Source: Tubulanus polymorphus
Lineage: Eukaryota > Animalia > Nemertea
Direction of reading: 5' to 3'
DNA: 64,000 bases
Assembly (NCBI RefSeq): GCF_964204645.1
Contig: NC_134026.1
Span: 2,565,950-2,629,949 of the forward strand
A program made the translations under genes and the position numbers. Of this stretch, positions 26,070 to 42,560 are shown piece after piece (position 1 is the first letter of the stretch; the number at the start of each line of letters is the position of its first letter). The notes below the pieces were generated by a model that was not told where the DNA came from, ran no database searches, and was given only the letters and a program-made list of their open reading frames with translations.

Positions 26070-26995
26070 CTTTTCATCTGGTTATTGAGGTCACTATCAG
26101 GTCTAAAAATTTATAGAAGACTTCATAATTTCAATTTTTATTTGACAAGATACAAAACAGTTTCATTCAAGTGAGTGAAATATCGATAAAACTCATACTT
26201 TGAGAGGAACAACGCGATAATTCAATCATCAAGTGATCATTTCATCGTCTCCAATATTCAATCTATTCCGATCCACGGCTCAATTTAAACCTGGAACAGA
26301 ATAAATTATAAATTAACTGATAAATCAACCGCATACAATAAAACATATCACTCCTGAACTGGCATTTTCTACATTATCTAGGCCTGATCCTCCGAGCATC
26401 AGCCATATTTGACTGAAATTACTGATACTATCGATCAGTTATCAATTGAAACACAAATCACCAAAATTAGTGGTCCCTCAGTGAATCAGCGAGATGCTTT
26501 TGCTTGCATTTATATACAACATTTTATATACAATCAATCCAATAGGATTAGTCTTGGACTTGGTAGAGCAAAAACAATAAAAAAGGACAGATCCGAGGAT
26601 GTGCTCTGTGTACGACGCTTTTAGATTAGTACGACTGTAGGCTTTTAGATTAGTAACTTTAAATCTTGAAATGACTCCATCGCTTTAACAGGAAGAAGTA
26701 AAAATATTAAGGGGAGACGAAGATTTCAACGCTTCATTCATGCCAATGAAATGGGATTTTCTGGAGTTGAAAATTGAATTTTGTTAGAAGAAAGGAACAA
26801 TCTCAGGGATTCAAATTCATTCAATCAATGCTATGAATTTTACACGGGATGAATTATTTACTTGTATGTTCAGTGGTCGGGTGGAGTGTGTGATAGTCTT
26901 CCAAGTGGGGTCAATTAGGGCGAATAACATCTGTAAATTTGGACGAATAAATTTCATCACGAAATTTTTGTCGGAGCGTCCGCCATATTGTATTC
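26070..26995 (-). other. Asx non-coding 5' UTR exons (about 26995-26862, 26290-26199, 26102-26070)
   Basis: Donors GTAAAT at 26861 and GTATGA at 26198; acceptors at 26291 and 26103. In-frame stops immediately upstream of ATG 26069 (ACC TGA TAG TGA CCT CAA TAA). Confidence 0.55.
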
Positions 26996-27307
26996 ATCAC
27001 GTGACCATCGTTCGGTAATGTCCGGCACGTTCGGTAATGTTCGGCGCTGAATAGGTTTGTTTTCGTGATTTCTTAATCGTTTTCGAATCAGTTTGAAAAA
27101 GTAAATGATTCACAATTGTAATTTCAGTATCTGATTTGAATTCTTTATTTGATCTTCAATCCAAAGTGTGATAAGTTCGGCAACATTCGATAGTTTCCGG
27201 CGACATTCGTGCTTGGCGACGGTGGACGGCGTCAAAATGGCGGACTTGCGGATAGTGTGAAAAATAAAAATAATCGATGATATCGGCTTGATTCTTTCGT
27301 GATAATC
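26957..27307. promoter_or_regulatory. Bidirectional promoter between Asx and the CCDC178-like gene
   Basis: Divergent genes. CpG-rich segment with a YY1-type AAnATGGCGG on each strand (about 26980-26989 minus; 27234-27243 plus) and X-box-like GTTTCCGGCGAC (27193) and GTGCTTGGCGAC (27209). Confidence 0.6.
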
Positions 27308-30300
27308 ATGACATCGCCTCTGCTTTCTCGAAAAATCGTCAGACTGGAAGATATCCAGCGAGAAGATACATCAACGACGTCGGAGTCTGACAAATTTATC
27401 GTTCAAAAAAGTCGTGAATCAACTATATTGTCTTTATCATCCCCAGAAAAATATAGCACATCATCATCCAGTCAGTCCACTGGTAAGAGTTTTAATTCAC
27501 TGGTTTATGAATTTTGTTTTTCTGAAGAAATCAACGAACCTATATTCTGAGACTCCTCGATTCTCCCATCCCAGCACTATCTATTCTTAGTCTGGCCCAA
27601 AACAATTATTTACCAGCTTATAATTGAATAATTCTATTATTCGACATTTTCATTGATGGATGGTTTTTCTTTGTATATTTCGGCAGCAGCTGCTGGTGGT
27701 ATTATTAGTTTATATAAGAAAAATAATGAAGATGATGATGACATTATCAGTGAATCAGAAGGTAAGCTGCTGAAATCTCATTGCTTGTCAGGTTACCGGT
27801 ATTTCCCTTTTTCTGAACGCATTTCTAAAATGACTCAAACCATTTCAGATAGTCCTCGAATGCCGGACAATTGGCCGAAAATTCCGGAACTCTGTGACAA
27901 AAAACAACTGCAGATGACCACCGCAGTTTCGACTACTGTTAACAAAGCTTCAGCTCATCTGGAACTGTTGCAGAATATCATCGAAGAATGGTTTGAAGAT
28001 AAAGATTCAATGAGTCGACAAGGCCGGAAGCGGTCTCATCTTAAATGTGAGCAAATATTTTCGTAAAATATCGCCGCATTTTCTGAGTTTTCTATTTCAT
28101 ATTTTGATGGGTTTTTTTTTTCATCAGTGCCACCAGACACGGCCTCAACGAAGAGACAGATTCATTTTACGGATGAGAAATTGACAACTGTGTCTCGTAC
28201 ATCTTCTGGAAGTACACCTCAACTCGAAATATATGGTGTCGCTGGAACTCCGGAAAAAGGTAGCAAACATATCCCGTTTGATATCTTACTTATCTTATTT
28301 CATGGCATACACATTCATGTTTTAGTTGTTGATTTTTTTTTCAGAAATTCAAGTAGATACCATAAAAAAGACGCTTCAAGACGAGATTCCTTATTTGGGC
28401 GCTGATGAGGTCATCGAAGAGGCGTACACGTTGTTGGCTCGTTTAGAGAACGATCGACAAGAAACTGAAATGGTTTATAAAAAAGAGAGGAAAATAGTTG
28501 AGAAATTGGGTTCACAAATAGATGCTTTAGCGAGAATGAGAATGGTAGATCTACCTGGTGCTGTACAGAGAGGTTTATATCAAACCAATATAATTTCAGT
28601 CATCTGTTGAACATCTTTTTATCATGTGACAGAATTTTGTCCCGTTTTATTTCAGAGCATGAGGCTTGTGCTCGCGATATCTTTGAATTACAGTGGCATG
28701 TCTCGTACAAGGGACGCAGTCAAGATAGGATGAACCATCGAGTCGAAATCGCGCAAACTCTTCATAAAAAACTGCAAGACGATATCGCTTTCGTAAAAGA
28801 TCATTGGTAAATACACTGTTCATTCTTATGTGTACAACACAATCATTAGATATTTCATTGTACTTACTGGAACTCGTGCCATATTTTCAGTCCTTTGGTG
28901 AAAGAGAAGCTGATCTTAGAAAAAGAAGCAATGGAGCGCATTGAAGAAGCTCAAAGAGAGGTATTTTGATAGCTTAATTATCTCACAAAACTAATCTTTC
29001 AAGTATTTTTTTTTCATGTTTTTCTATTACAAGCAAATGGCTTCGCATGTATAAATTTCACTTTAAATCATGCACACATTTTCAAACGGTGCATGAATTA
29101 GCATGATTTATATATATATTAACATTTTTTGCTGCATCACTGTTATTAATGTTATTCTCAAAACATCACTTTATTCGTTTTTATTTCCACTAATAAAAAG
29201 ACAACAGAAGAATTAAATGTAACAATGGAACGATGTGATAAGGTCAACAAAAAATCTATTGAGAGCCACGCTAAGGCCGATATGGAGCGTAGACATATGA
29301 AAAATGAAATCGAATCCGTCGGTCAGGATCTTGATAAAATCAAGTACGTAGGTACACTATACATAAACAAATATTCAGAGCCCATTCACTCAAAGGTTGT
29401 TTAATGGTTATCAGTATCCACTACTGAAATGATGTAGTATTAGTTGCACTGGATGATATTGAAAATCCTTTCACAAGCATGGTCAAGTTGTGGTTCATCA
29501 GTATAATATGCAAAGTGGATGAAACCTTCGAAATATCTTTTCAGAAATGAGTTGGCTTTGGAGGAAAACAAGTTCAAAATCTGTGTACAAAAGATAAGCG
29601 AAACGCAGGAAATCCTGGCGAGCAATGAAGCCGATATTGAAAACTTAAAAATCAAAGAAGAAGAAGCTAGACAGGCTGAATTTATCCAAGAGAAAAAGGT
29701 TTCGGATGAATCCTGAATGAAATGTACCGGTAGCTTGATATATCTATCACCTCATGTAAGTGTAATTTGTTTTGTAAATTAAAGGTGACCAACTTGGAAC
29801 TGAAGATAAATGAACAAGAAAAGGAACATACAGCTTTATATGAGGAAAATGTCAAATTACAAGGAGAACTTGAGCTTCAGGTACATTTATATCTATTATC
29901 CTTAACCCTTTCAGTGCATCTACACCGCAGTGCGGTGTATTGATGTAATTAGTAATTATCTCTCTTGAAAAATGGCAGCACCTGTCAAACATAGTGAAAT
30001 ACTAGTAACTAACGATACACCGCGCCACGGTGTAGACCATTATAGTGGTATTCCCGTTATTCAACACACTAGGGTGGAATTTTTCAAAATTTTCAAATTA
30101 TCTCTAGCACTATAGGGTATTAATTAGTCAGCACTGAAAGGGTTAATTCCATAGTGAACACTTATCTGGGTAACAGTTGTCCAATTATTGATTGTATTTT
30201 GTAGAGGAATAAACATGGTGCGAAGGAGAATGACTTGAAAAAACAGATAGAAAAAAAAGAAGAGGAATTTATGTTTGTGAAGAGAATAAGTAATGAGTTC

Positions 30301-32760
30301 CAGATGGATATTGATGATTTTAAAAGAAAGATTCTTGACTGGTAATTATCTAAACTAGTTTCCTTATTTTAAGACCGAAGTAAAAAATAACCAGACAGTG
30401 AAACCTGTATATTGAATAGGCACCACCGAATTGTATAGAATTAGTCTGAAACTTTGAAATGGAGTTGATTTATTTCATAGTGAAAATCAAAAGATCGCTG
30501 GTGAGAAAAATATGGCGAGAATTCACAAAGAAATGGAAAAGACCCACGAACAAATGATAGTGACGATGGAGGAATTCTATAAAGTGCAGGCTATGCATAG
30601 CGCCATCATGGAGAAAATGAGATCAGAAGAGGAAAAGAACTTGAGATTAGAAGATCAGCTGAAGGTTTGCAGCGCTTTCACTGAAAATTAAATCAAACCA
30701 CCGGTAGTTGTTTCATACAATAATGTATTTGCGTTGTAGAACACGGCTGAGAACCTGAAGAAACAAGTAAAAGAAGAGATTCATGCTCGGTCGGTTTTAC
30801 AATCACGCATAACTACCGATAATACTGACCTCGTAAATAGTAAAGGAGAGTTCAAACATAAAAAAGAAAAGGTACCATTTTGGCGAAATCAATTTTCACT
30901 CGAGGTTTTGTTTTAAAATCAGTGTGCAGTTCATATATAATGATGTATCTTTTTATTCAGCTGAAGAAAATGTTGAAAGAGATGGAAGTTGCAGTGAAAA
31001 GTATACTCGGTAAAGTGGAAAAGCTACGTGCAACTCACGGAGAAAGAAGTGCGGTAAATGTTCAGTTAATCATTTACTCTTTTAACCAGTACCTGTACTC
31101 GACTCATGAGAAAACGTCCTGGATTCTTATCATACATCTTACTAATGATTAATTCAGGTTGTAAACAGTTTGGAAGCCGATCTTCAACTAACGAAGGATA
31201 AACATAGAGAAGTACAAGAAAGATTAGAGCAAAAAATCCGCGACCTTACTCCGCATTCCACACATCTAATTGTACGTATCAAACTGATATCGCGTATTGT
31301 TCTATTCGTTGGGATAAATTTGAGAAAAATTCGGTTTGTTTTTATGTGAATATATTTCAGACCGATATTCTCGCCTTGAATAAAAAATTGGACAACATCG
31401 ACTGGCAATCTAAACAGTTGAATAATAAGATAGAAGAGATGGACGCTTCCGCTGGAATGATGACAAAGATTATCAATAATACCGAAGCCGCTATCAAAAA
31501 TCTAACGTAGGTTTTCGCTTGAAATGTCTTTCTTTCATCAATATTTTCCTCAACTTATGACTTATCGCTTTGACAAATCTCTTATTGTTTTTTAATACAG
31601 GATAGAATTGGATGAGTTAACTATACGTTATAACACTGGACAGAGTTCCCAGGACAGTATTAAAGAGTCACTCAATCAAGCGCAATGTAAGCGATCCTCA
31701 TAATCATATTCTTTTTTCTTCGATACCGTAGACATTGAATTCATGTATTACCTTCCGTTGTAGCGCGTGTACGTAATTACGAAAACCAACAGCAAAGCCA
31801 CATGGACGATCGTAACACAGTACTCCAGAAACTCATAGACGATCTTACGAAAGACCGAAGCGAAAACAAAACCTGGGCTTCTAAATATAGAAAGTTACAA
31901 AACGATCATTATCTATTGAAAAACAAACTAATGGACCACTATGAGGAGAGGCTGCGAATAGAAACGGCTTTGAAAGATTTGAAAAAAGTGAGTACAGTTT
32001 CATGGTGCCCCACATTACCAGAAAATAGGGAAGGAGTAGAAGTTTCAAAATGATATCTCCCGGTCTGGAAACATTCGGATATTTGATAGATTTTCAGTCA
32101 ATCTGGGAGATAATTGGGGAAATTCATTGTCCAATTTCATGTGGCATAATTCTGGGATGTCAATTGCTTGCACAAGGGCAACTTACTTACCTAAAACAAT
32201 ATTTCTTGAACATCATCTTTACCAACCAGTTGCCACTAAAATATGTTGACGTCTATGTAATATGATTATATGTTCTCAATTACAACAGCCAAATTTCTAG
32301 TTGGGAAGAGAAACCATGAAATACTTGAGAGAACTTTTTGAAATTTTGACTTCAAGTAACTGTGGGAACAACGGATTATGAGCATAATGTTCCAAGATTA
32401 TTCCACCTAACAATATTTTTGTATTGATTTCAGTTGCGAAGTCTTCAAACTAAACTTCACGCGGCGTTGTCCGATTATTACAAATATCGCAGTATGTATA
32501 ACAAAAGCGAACTTTCTCGGATGGAGAATGAATCGTTTGTTAGCGGAGTAACCGTAACCGAATTACAGGATCAAATGAACAAAGCGCTCGAAAATGTCAC
32601 CGAATATCTCACGTCACAAATGGATCAATCCGCCGCGCGAAGGATAGCTGCGGAGGCCGTAAAACGAGTTCAAACTCCGAAAGACATCGTTAACGTAGCA
32701 GATGTCGTTAAGTCATCACCTACTCGCGTACCTGGTACACCGGTTGTCATCAAATCTTAG
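27308..32760 (+). CDS. CCDC178: Coiled-coil domain-containing protein 178-like, 19 exons, about 954 aa
   Basis: Exons 27308-27482, 27687-27761, 27849-28046, 28128-28259, 28345-28572, 28656-28806, 28891-28960, 29201-29343, 29545-29698, 29785-29880, 30205-30341, 30481-30664, 30740-30871, 30961-31053, 31158-31271, 31361-31506, 31601-31686, 31764-31987, 32434-32760, all GT-AG with consistent phase. Long E/K coiled coil. LARLENDRQETE and LPGAVQREHEACARDIFELQWHV resemble CCDC178 (family call from recall). Confidence 0.85.
29906..30142. mobile_element. piggyBac-like MITE in a CCDC178-like intron
   Basis: TTAA|CCCTTTCAGTGC...GCACTGAAAGGG|TTAA: perfect 12-bp TIRs with a TTAA target-site duplication. 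Confidence 0.85.
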
Positions 32761-34069
32761 TTTTTTTTTTTCGTACTAAATTGGTTTGATATTAATGAGA
32801 TTAGCATAGCGAGTATTCATGTTACGACACGCTATGGTCTAGTATTGCATATTTAAAAAGGTTACCATTTTTCATCAGTGTTAAATTGGTTCCTTAAAAC
32901 CGTGCCAAATCTACCTACTTTGTGATAATCAATATTATAATATTGAATTGATAAATTTGTGTCTATCATCTACTTATACTGGCAAATCATTTTAAGCCTG
33001 GATTGTAATCGAATCTGCACTGATTGATAATAAATCATTATTCTGGTGCTAAATACTGATGTATATTTGTCGTATAATCCGTCCATTGATCTTTGTTTGC
33101 TGATAAAATGTTACTCTATCAAACGATATGTATATATTATTCAATAATAAATAATGAATTGTTGTTGATAATTTTTGGTGTTGATAATTATTTCCAATTG
33201 TTGGGAATTTGTTCCAGTGTGACGGTCCATGAAAGTGCAAGTTTCACTTTCATGGACCGTCACACTGGAACAAATTTAGTAGAACAGGAACTCGGGTTTA
33301 TTCCTTTTTCAACCGTGATGAATTGAAATAGATGAATTGGTAACCAAAGGTTTTGAGCAATTGAAGAAAGTGACATATCCATATTTGATCAGGTAAACAC
33401 AAAATTGCAAATACATCCAGATTTATTCATTCGATACCAAAAAACACAAAAGAAATGATTACAAATATCATACAATAAATTTTCATAGAAAAATACTTCA
33501 TTAGAAAAAAAACCTAATTCCCATATTATTCTGAACACTTGTCCTTGGTATACATCTGCATTAACAATGTAGGTGAAGCAGGCATAAAGCAAACATCTGT
33601 ACATGTATACATAGTTATAAGCTGTAAATTGCACGTTATTCACAAAATGACAAACTTATCACAGTACCTTTCAATGACCTGTATTACGAGACTGTCCATT
33701 TGCATAAAACTGAAACCTTCACCTCAATAACCTACTGCAGCGGTGCCAACCGTTACTGACTTTCAGTAATTGTTACTATTTCATAACGAGAAATACTGAT
33801 TTGATTTGTTTGATGCGTACAGATTACTGATTAATCGAACATTTTCGTTCATATTTTAATAAGATGTTACTGAAAAAAGTTCAATTTGTTACCGATAGCA
33901 CTTTTCAGAGGTTGGCAGCCCTGCTACTGTACATACACGTGGGTGGATTAATTCATATATCATTCATTAGGATTACCAGGGTATTAGTAAATATATTAAC
34001 TACATCATATAACTTATCACTGATCATGGAATTGCGCGATGATTTTCGGTAATTTTAATCTTTTTGAAG

Positions 34070-37839
<3,770 letters not shown>

Positions 37840-37848
<9 letters not shown>

Positions 37849-38160
37849 CTTATCTATCATGTGACTGTCATGGGGTTTAATATAGGTTACTCAAATCCCG
37901 ATTCTCGTGACGATATCTCGTGACAAGTTTTAAAATGGAATTAAAAATCTTAAAAGCTATCTATAATTCAATATATCCACATGTTAATGGTTTATAAACT
38001 AATTCTTTATTTTGCGGTCAAAGGAAATCTAAGATTGGCATCGAAGAGCATAGTCAGAAATACAGGATTCGAACTGACATGCAATATTTCACTGACTCTG
38101 AGAGATGCTGCCGCCACTCGTCGACAAAACGAACTAACCCGGAAGTAAACCGGAAGTGAG
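37840..38160. promoter_or_regulatory. Promoter of the cathepsin gene, probably bidirectional
   Basis: YY1-type AAGATGGCG around ATG 37848, TCATGTGAC (37857-37865), two TCTCGTGAC (37903, 37916), and tandem ETS/GABP-type CCGGAAGTAAACCGGAAGTG (about 38139-38158). Confidence 0.55.
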
Positions 38161-39089
38161 CTTCTGCATGAAGTCCACTTTTACCTGTCATATTCAAATC
38201 TGGTAGGAACTTTAATGTTTTAAGTCGACCTACCTCATTTTTTTTGTGGGAAAATAACGCGAATAGATCATCGACGTAAGTAACAATTTCGAAAAATATA
38301 TTTAACAAAGCCCATGTGTACCGGGCGGGGAGCAAACAACGACATTGAAATGTCTGCCAGCAACAACATCCATCCAGATCAGCACTTAGGCCTACTTACT
38401 ACAAAACTAGAATTTAGAAAGCAATGACACTATGGCAAGCTGGCCCAAGAATGTCTGCACCTGCAGTGCTCAATTTCTGGACCTCCACCTTTTAGGCTAA
38501 AAAGAAAGTATTTAAATCAACGAGGTGGTAGGATATTAACTACCTACGGGACTGTGTACTAGGCTGGGTATTTACTTTGATTTTGGACCTCCGGCTATTG
38601 TGACAGTGTTGTGTGAGATCTAATGACTCTTTCATTTTCGGATATCCCAATATCCCTTATACACTGGTATGTTTCTACGTAGACATACATCAGTCACCTT
38701 CCTTAGCTTTATGTAGGCCTATATTCTGATCAATATCTATCACCTAATATGTAATCTTCCCTTGTATTGTTTCCGTAATTGCTGCTTCAAAGATAATTAT
38801 AGGTCTGTGTTGACTTGCATTTTTCATTTACGCCCTTATTTGTAATATTAGCTGTATTGCTAAAAAGTTCTAATGTTCATTGCCAGTGGTAAGAATAATA
38901 AACCTGTTAGATGTTTTAAAATGATATAGGCATAATTCTGTTTTTTCCAGGAAAAGATATTAAAGTGTCATGCGATAATTGATGCAAATGTTTGATAAGG
39001 TAAACAATTTTATTTTAGATGTAATTCAAATAAAGGTGGAGTCTTCTTTTCCTTATAGAATGATCAAAATAAACAGTTGATAATAAATA

Positions 39090-39273
39090 CAGTAGAACCT
39101 GCTTAATTCGGATCATTTGGAACGGAAGAAATTAATCCTATTTATGAGAAATCCAGATAAAACATATTTCAACATACATTTAAGTATCGATGGACTGTAG
39201 AGGATATCTGGATAGGTCGATAATAGATTGAAGTTTGGATTAAACTGATCTGAATTAAGTGGGTTTTTTCATG
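39090..39273. mobile_element. Tc1/mariner (pogo/Tigger-like) MITE
   Basis: TA|CAGTAGAACCTGCTTAATTCGGATC ... GATCTGAATTAAGTGGGTTTTTTCATG|TA: imperfect TIRs with TA flanks. Confidence 0.55.
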
Positions 39274-40029
39274 TAGTCTATTTCTTCCTGCATGTATTAA
39301 ACATGTTTATGAATGTTAAACATCTATTGTCGGCGTATTATTGTGAATAGCTTCTCGAAGGAGAAAAAAATTTGACATTTCTCGAGAAAACTTCCGATAT
39401 ATCAACATTACCGTACCTATCTGAAAATGAATTGTTGAATAAACGCTGTTTTCTACTGTACAAACACTGACGCAATTACAATGTACACTTGTATTTCTTA
39501 CATCGAGATCATTTTACAGTATCTTGATACCTACCTGCAGTTTACATATCGATTTAACTGAACACTTATTATTATGCTGTGTGAATATTCTTCAAAGCAA
39601 TTCATTATTATAATGAAAAATTATTGTTGTTCATTGCTGGTGATTGCAGTGCAGCGACGTGGGCGTGTTGAATGAAGTATGCTCACTAGCATAGCGAAGG
39701 AAATCTTAGTATTTTGAGTGGATGGATGAGTCGATTAGAGACCGAATGGTTTAGATATCCGGTATAGTTCCTTCATTTAACTTTGTTAATTAGATTTACA
39801 TAAGATGTTTACATAATCTTGGCTACTTAAGTAAAAGACTGAAGGCAAAGTGTCAAATCTATGTGCTCAGTTTATCAAGACCAAAATTGAGTCAGCAGTA
39901 ATTTTCAGCAGGAACAATTTTACTGTAAAAAAGAACCAATAAACATAGGGACAGTAACATAATTTAGATTTAAAACGAGTCCTAAAGTGCTTCGAAATGT
40001 AATCGATACAGCCCTGTGATTTGATGTAG

Positions 40030-40336
40030 CAGGGTTCATAGCGAGTCTCTGCAGTTCTTAAAAGTGTTTACTTTTGAAAAAATTTAATAAGGCCCTAAAA
40101 AGTGCGTACTTTTCATAAACATTTCAAAAAGTGCTTACAAGGTATTTACCATTCTTTTGATTTTTGTTATCCCAAATTATTTTTTTAGATGTTATGTGTT
40201 ATGGATAAGGATGATTTGGACGAGGGTTGTGGTATTAAATGAAAAGAAAGGTTTCACTTTGCATTACTAAAGCGCTTACTTTTACTATCAAAAAGTGCTT
40301 TCTTTTGCCTCAGCTTTAAAATGCTATGATCCAGTG
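40030..40336. mobile_element. hAT-like MITE remnant
   Basis: Termini CAGGGTTCATAGC...GCTATGATCCAGTG and internal AAAAGTGCTT-like subterminal repeats. No clear TSD. Confidence 0.4.
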
Positions 40337-41857
40337 TAGGCCTATTCGGTATGTACCGTTTCAGACAGTGCTGATGAACGCGTCAATTAATCATTTTTCG
40401 CGTGATCGCCCATCTTTTGGGTATCGATCGAGTTAGTTTAACTACGAAATCAAATCCGATTGGATTCATGAATATTCAAGCTGCACTTGTTCGATATAAC
40501 GCAAAGATTGTCTTCGATGACGGCGGTTAGCAGCGCCGTGTAAGTTTTGGTTTCTGCTCTTGTGACTTTGAAATTAGTGCAGCGAGCTTAATGAAATTTA
40601 CATAAGGTTTGCAGCACACACACCGACTGTGGGTTAATACAGTATGATGTAGCCGCAGGTATTGAATGAATTACGACGACCAATTCAATAAACTCAATTC
40701 ACCGGTATAGACCGGCATCACAAGGCAAAGCAATAAAAAGTGACAGTACGGAAATTGAAAAGACTTGAAGGATGGAGAATATGTGACCTAACATTTACAT
40801 ATATAGCTTATCTGGACAGGTTCGAGATTGATAGCGTATCGAAAGCCGTTTTCTTAATGTATCAGAAAGAATTAGTTTCTGTTTGTTATTGGCCTGTGCA
40901 TACCTGGTCCAGCTCCACCAATCAAAAATCAATGAAGTTTTGATCTTGGCGCACGTGAAAATGTGTCATTTATAATTTTCTAAAATCGTGTCGTTTTTAG
41001 AATCCTTCCTGAAATGGTTTTGGTCGAAGGTAACTGCGAATATTCTTCAGAATTTCAGATTTTTGAGAAAGCGAAATATTGGGAGGGCTAAAGCTGCTGT
41101 CGCTGATCCGTGTAAATGTTTCCAACAGATTTCATCGCTTGATGTTAGAGATATTTTCAACTCAGATTTCAGCTCCAGTTTACAGAAATGCCCCCTCAAG
41201 GTCTCTTTTTGGAATAAAGCCAATCCTGCCTGACTTATGAAAAGTCGGAAAACAATTCATTTCTTTGATCAATATTGGACAAGTCTTTGAAGCGACTAGC
41301 AGACGTTCTATTTCTGGAAACGAACATTAAAAGCATTTCGGTCACATCGCCGGAAAGCTTTCATTTACTAGGAATAACGTGTACTTTTGGAAGACTTACT
41401 GCATCTTGTTGGATAAAAAAAATGAAATCTAAGACATTTGAGTCGAGGCGTCTCTAATCGACATACAGAACGCAGTATTCGTTTATTGATGTATTCATTT
41501 CCAATTATATATGAGAAGAACTGGTCTATAGATTCAATTGATTTTTCTGCAGTATTTATGAAATGTTACGTTTCATATATAAACATTATTTTTAAGTATC
41601 TATTTTCGTAAATGTTACGGGAACTATTATAGATATAGACGAGTTATCGTCTTTCCTTTGACATCTCGCATTTTGATGATCGGGTAAATAATCAACAACC
41701 GCTCATAAATATGATCAATTCTCTGTGTTTTCAGAAGATTCCATTGTCACAAACAGCACTCAGGACGGACATCGCAGCAATTTATGCTATAATACCTGAG
41801 GGTACAACAAACGTCGTTTAGTCAGTGGCGGTCAGCGAAATGATTGATTGTGATATA

Positions 41858-42116
<259 letters not shown>

Positions 42117-42335
42117 ACAATGTTGACAGTCAACGCTATGTCCATCTTGGTAAAACACACTTTCTCCGTCATGCTTAGCGAGTGATAAGATTATGTCATG
42201 CAAGGTCGATACTGGTGGTGTTATGCATGTCAAATGGCAGATCAACTATCAGGTTTTTTATTGCGCTGAACACACATCGTATAGGCCTTAACACGAGTTT
42301 ATTAATTGTGTGCAGTTCTGCTTCCTTCACTCAAT

Positions 42336-42560
42336 AGCCGCGATCACACAAGTGTTTTTGGCCCTCGCCGAATTTGGACCAGCCCGTATTTTAGCACAGG
42401 TCGCATAGCACATGTCAAATTATCTGGATGTGATTCACTTCACTTTGCATTGTTTAGTATCAAGTGCGTATCATACTAATGAAGGCGCACTCTAATTAGG
42501 TACAGGCCAAACTTGAATCCGGCCTGATCCGGGCCAAATTGTCTCCGCGCGATCGTGGTT
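42336..42560. mobile_element. Harbinger-like MITE family A, copy in reverse orientation
   Basis: Ends AGCCGCGATCACACAA...CGCGCGATCGTGGTT. Internal CTCTAATTAGG and TTGTTTAGTATC are the reverse complement of the 50579 copy. Confidence 0.65.

Noticed and set aside
25293-27690. NAGNAG acceptors (Asx TAGTAG at 25294-25299; CCDC178-like CAGCAG at 27684-27689)
   Set aside because: Common feature changing one residue in unstructured regions.
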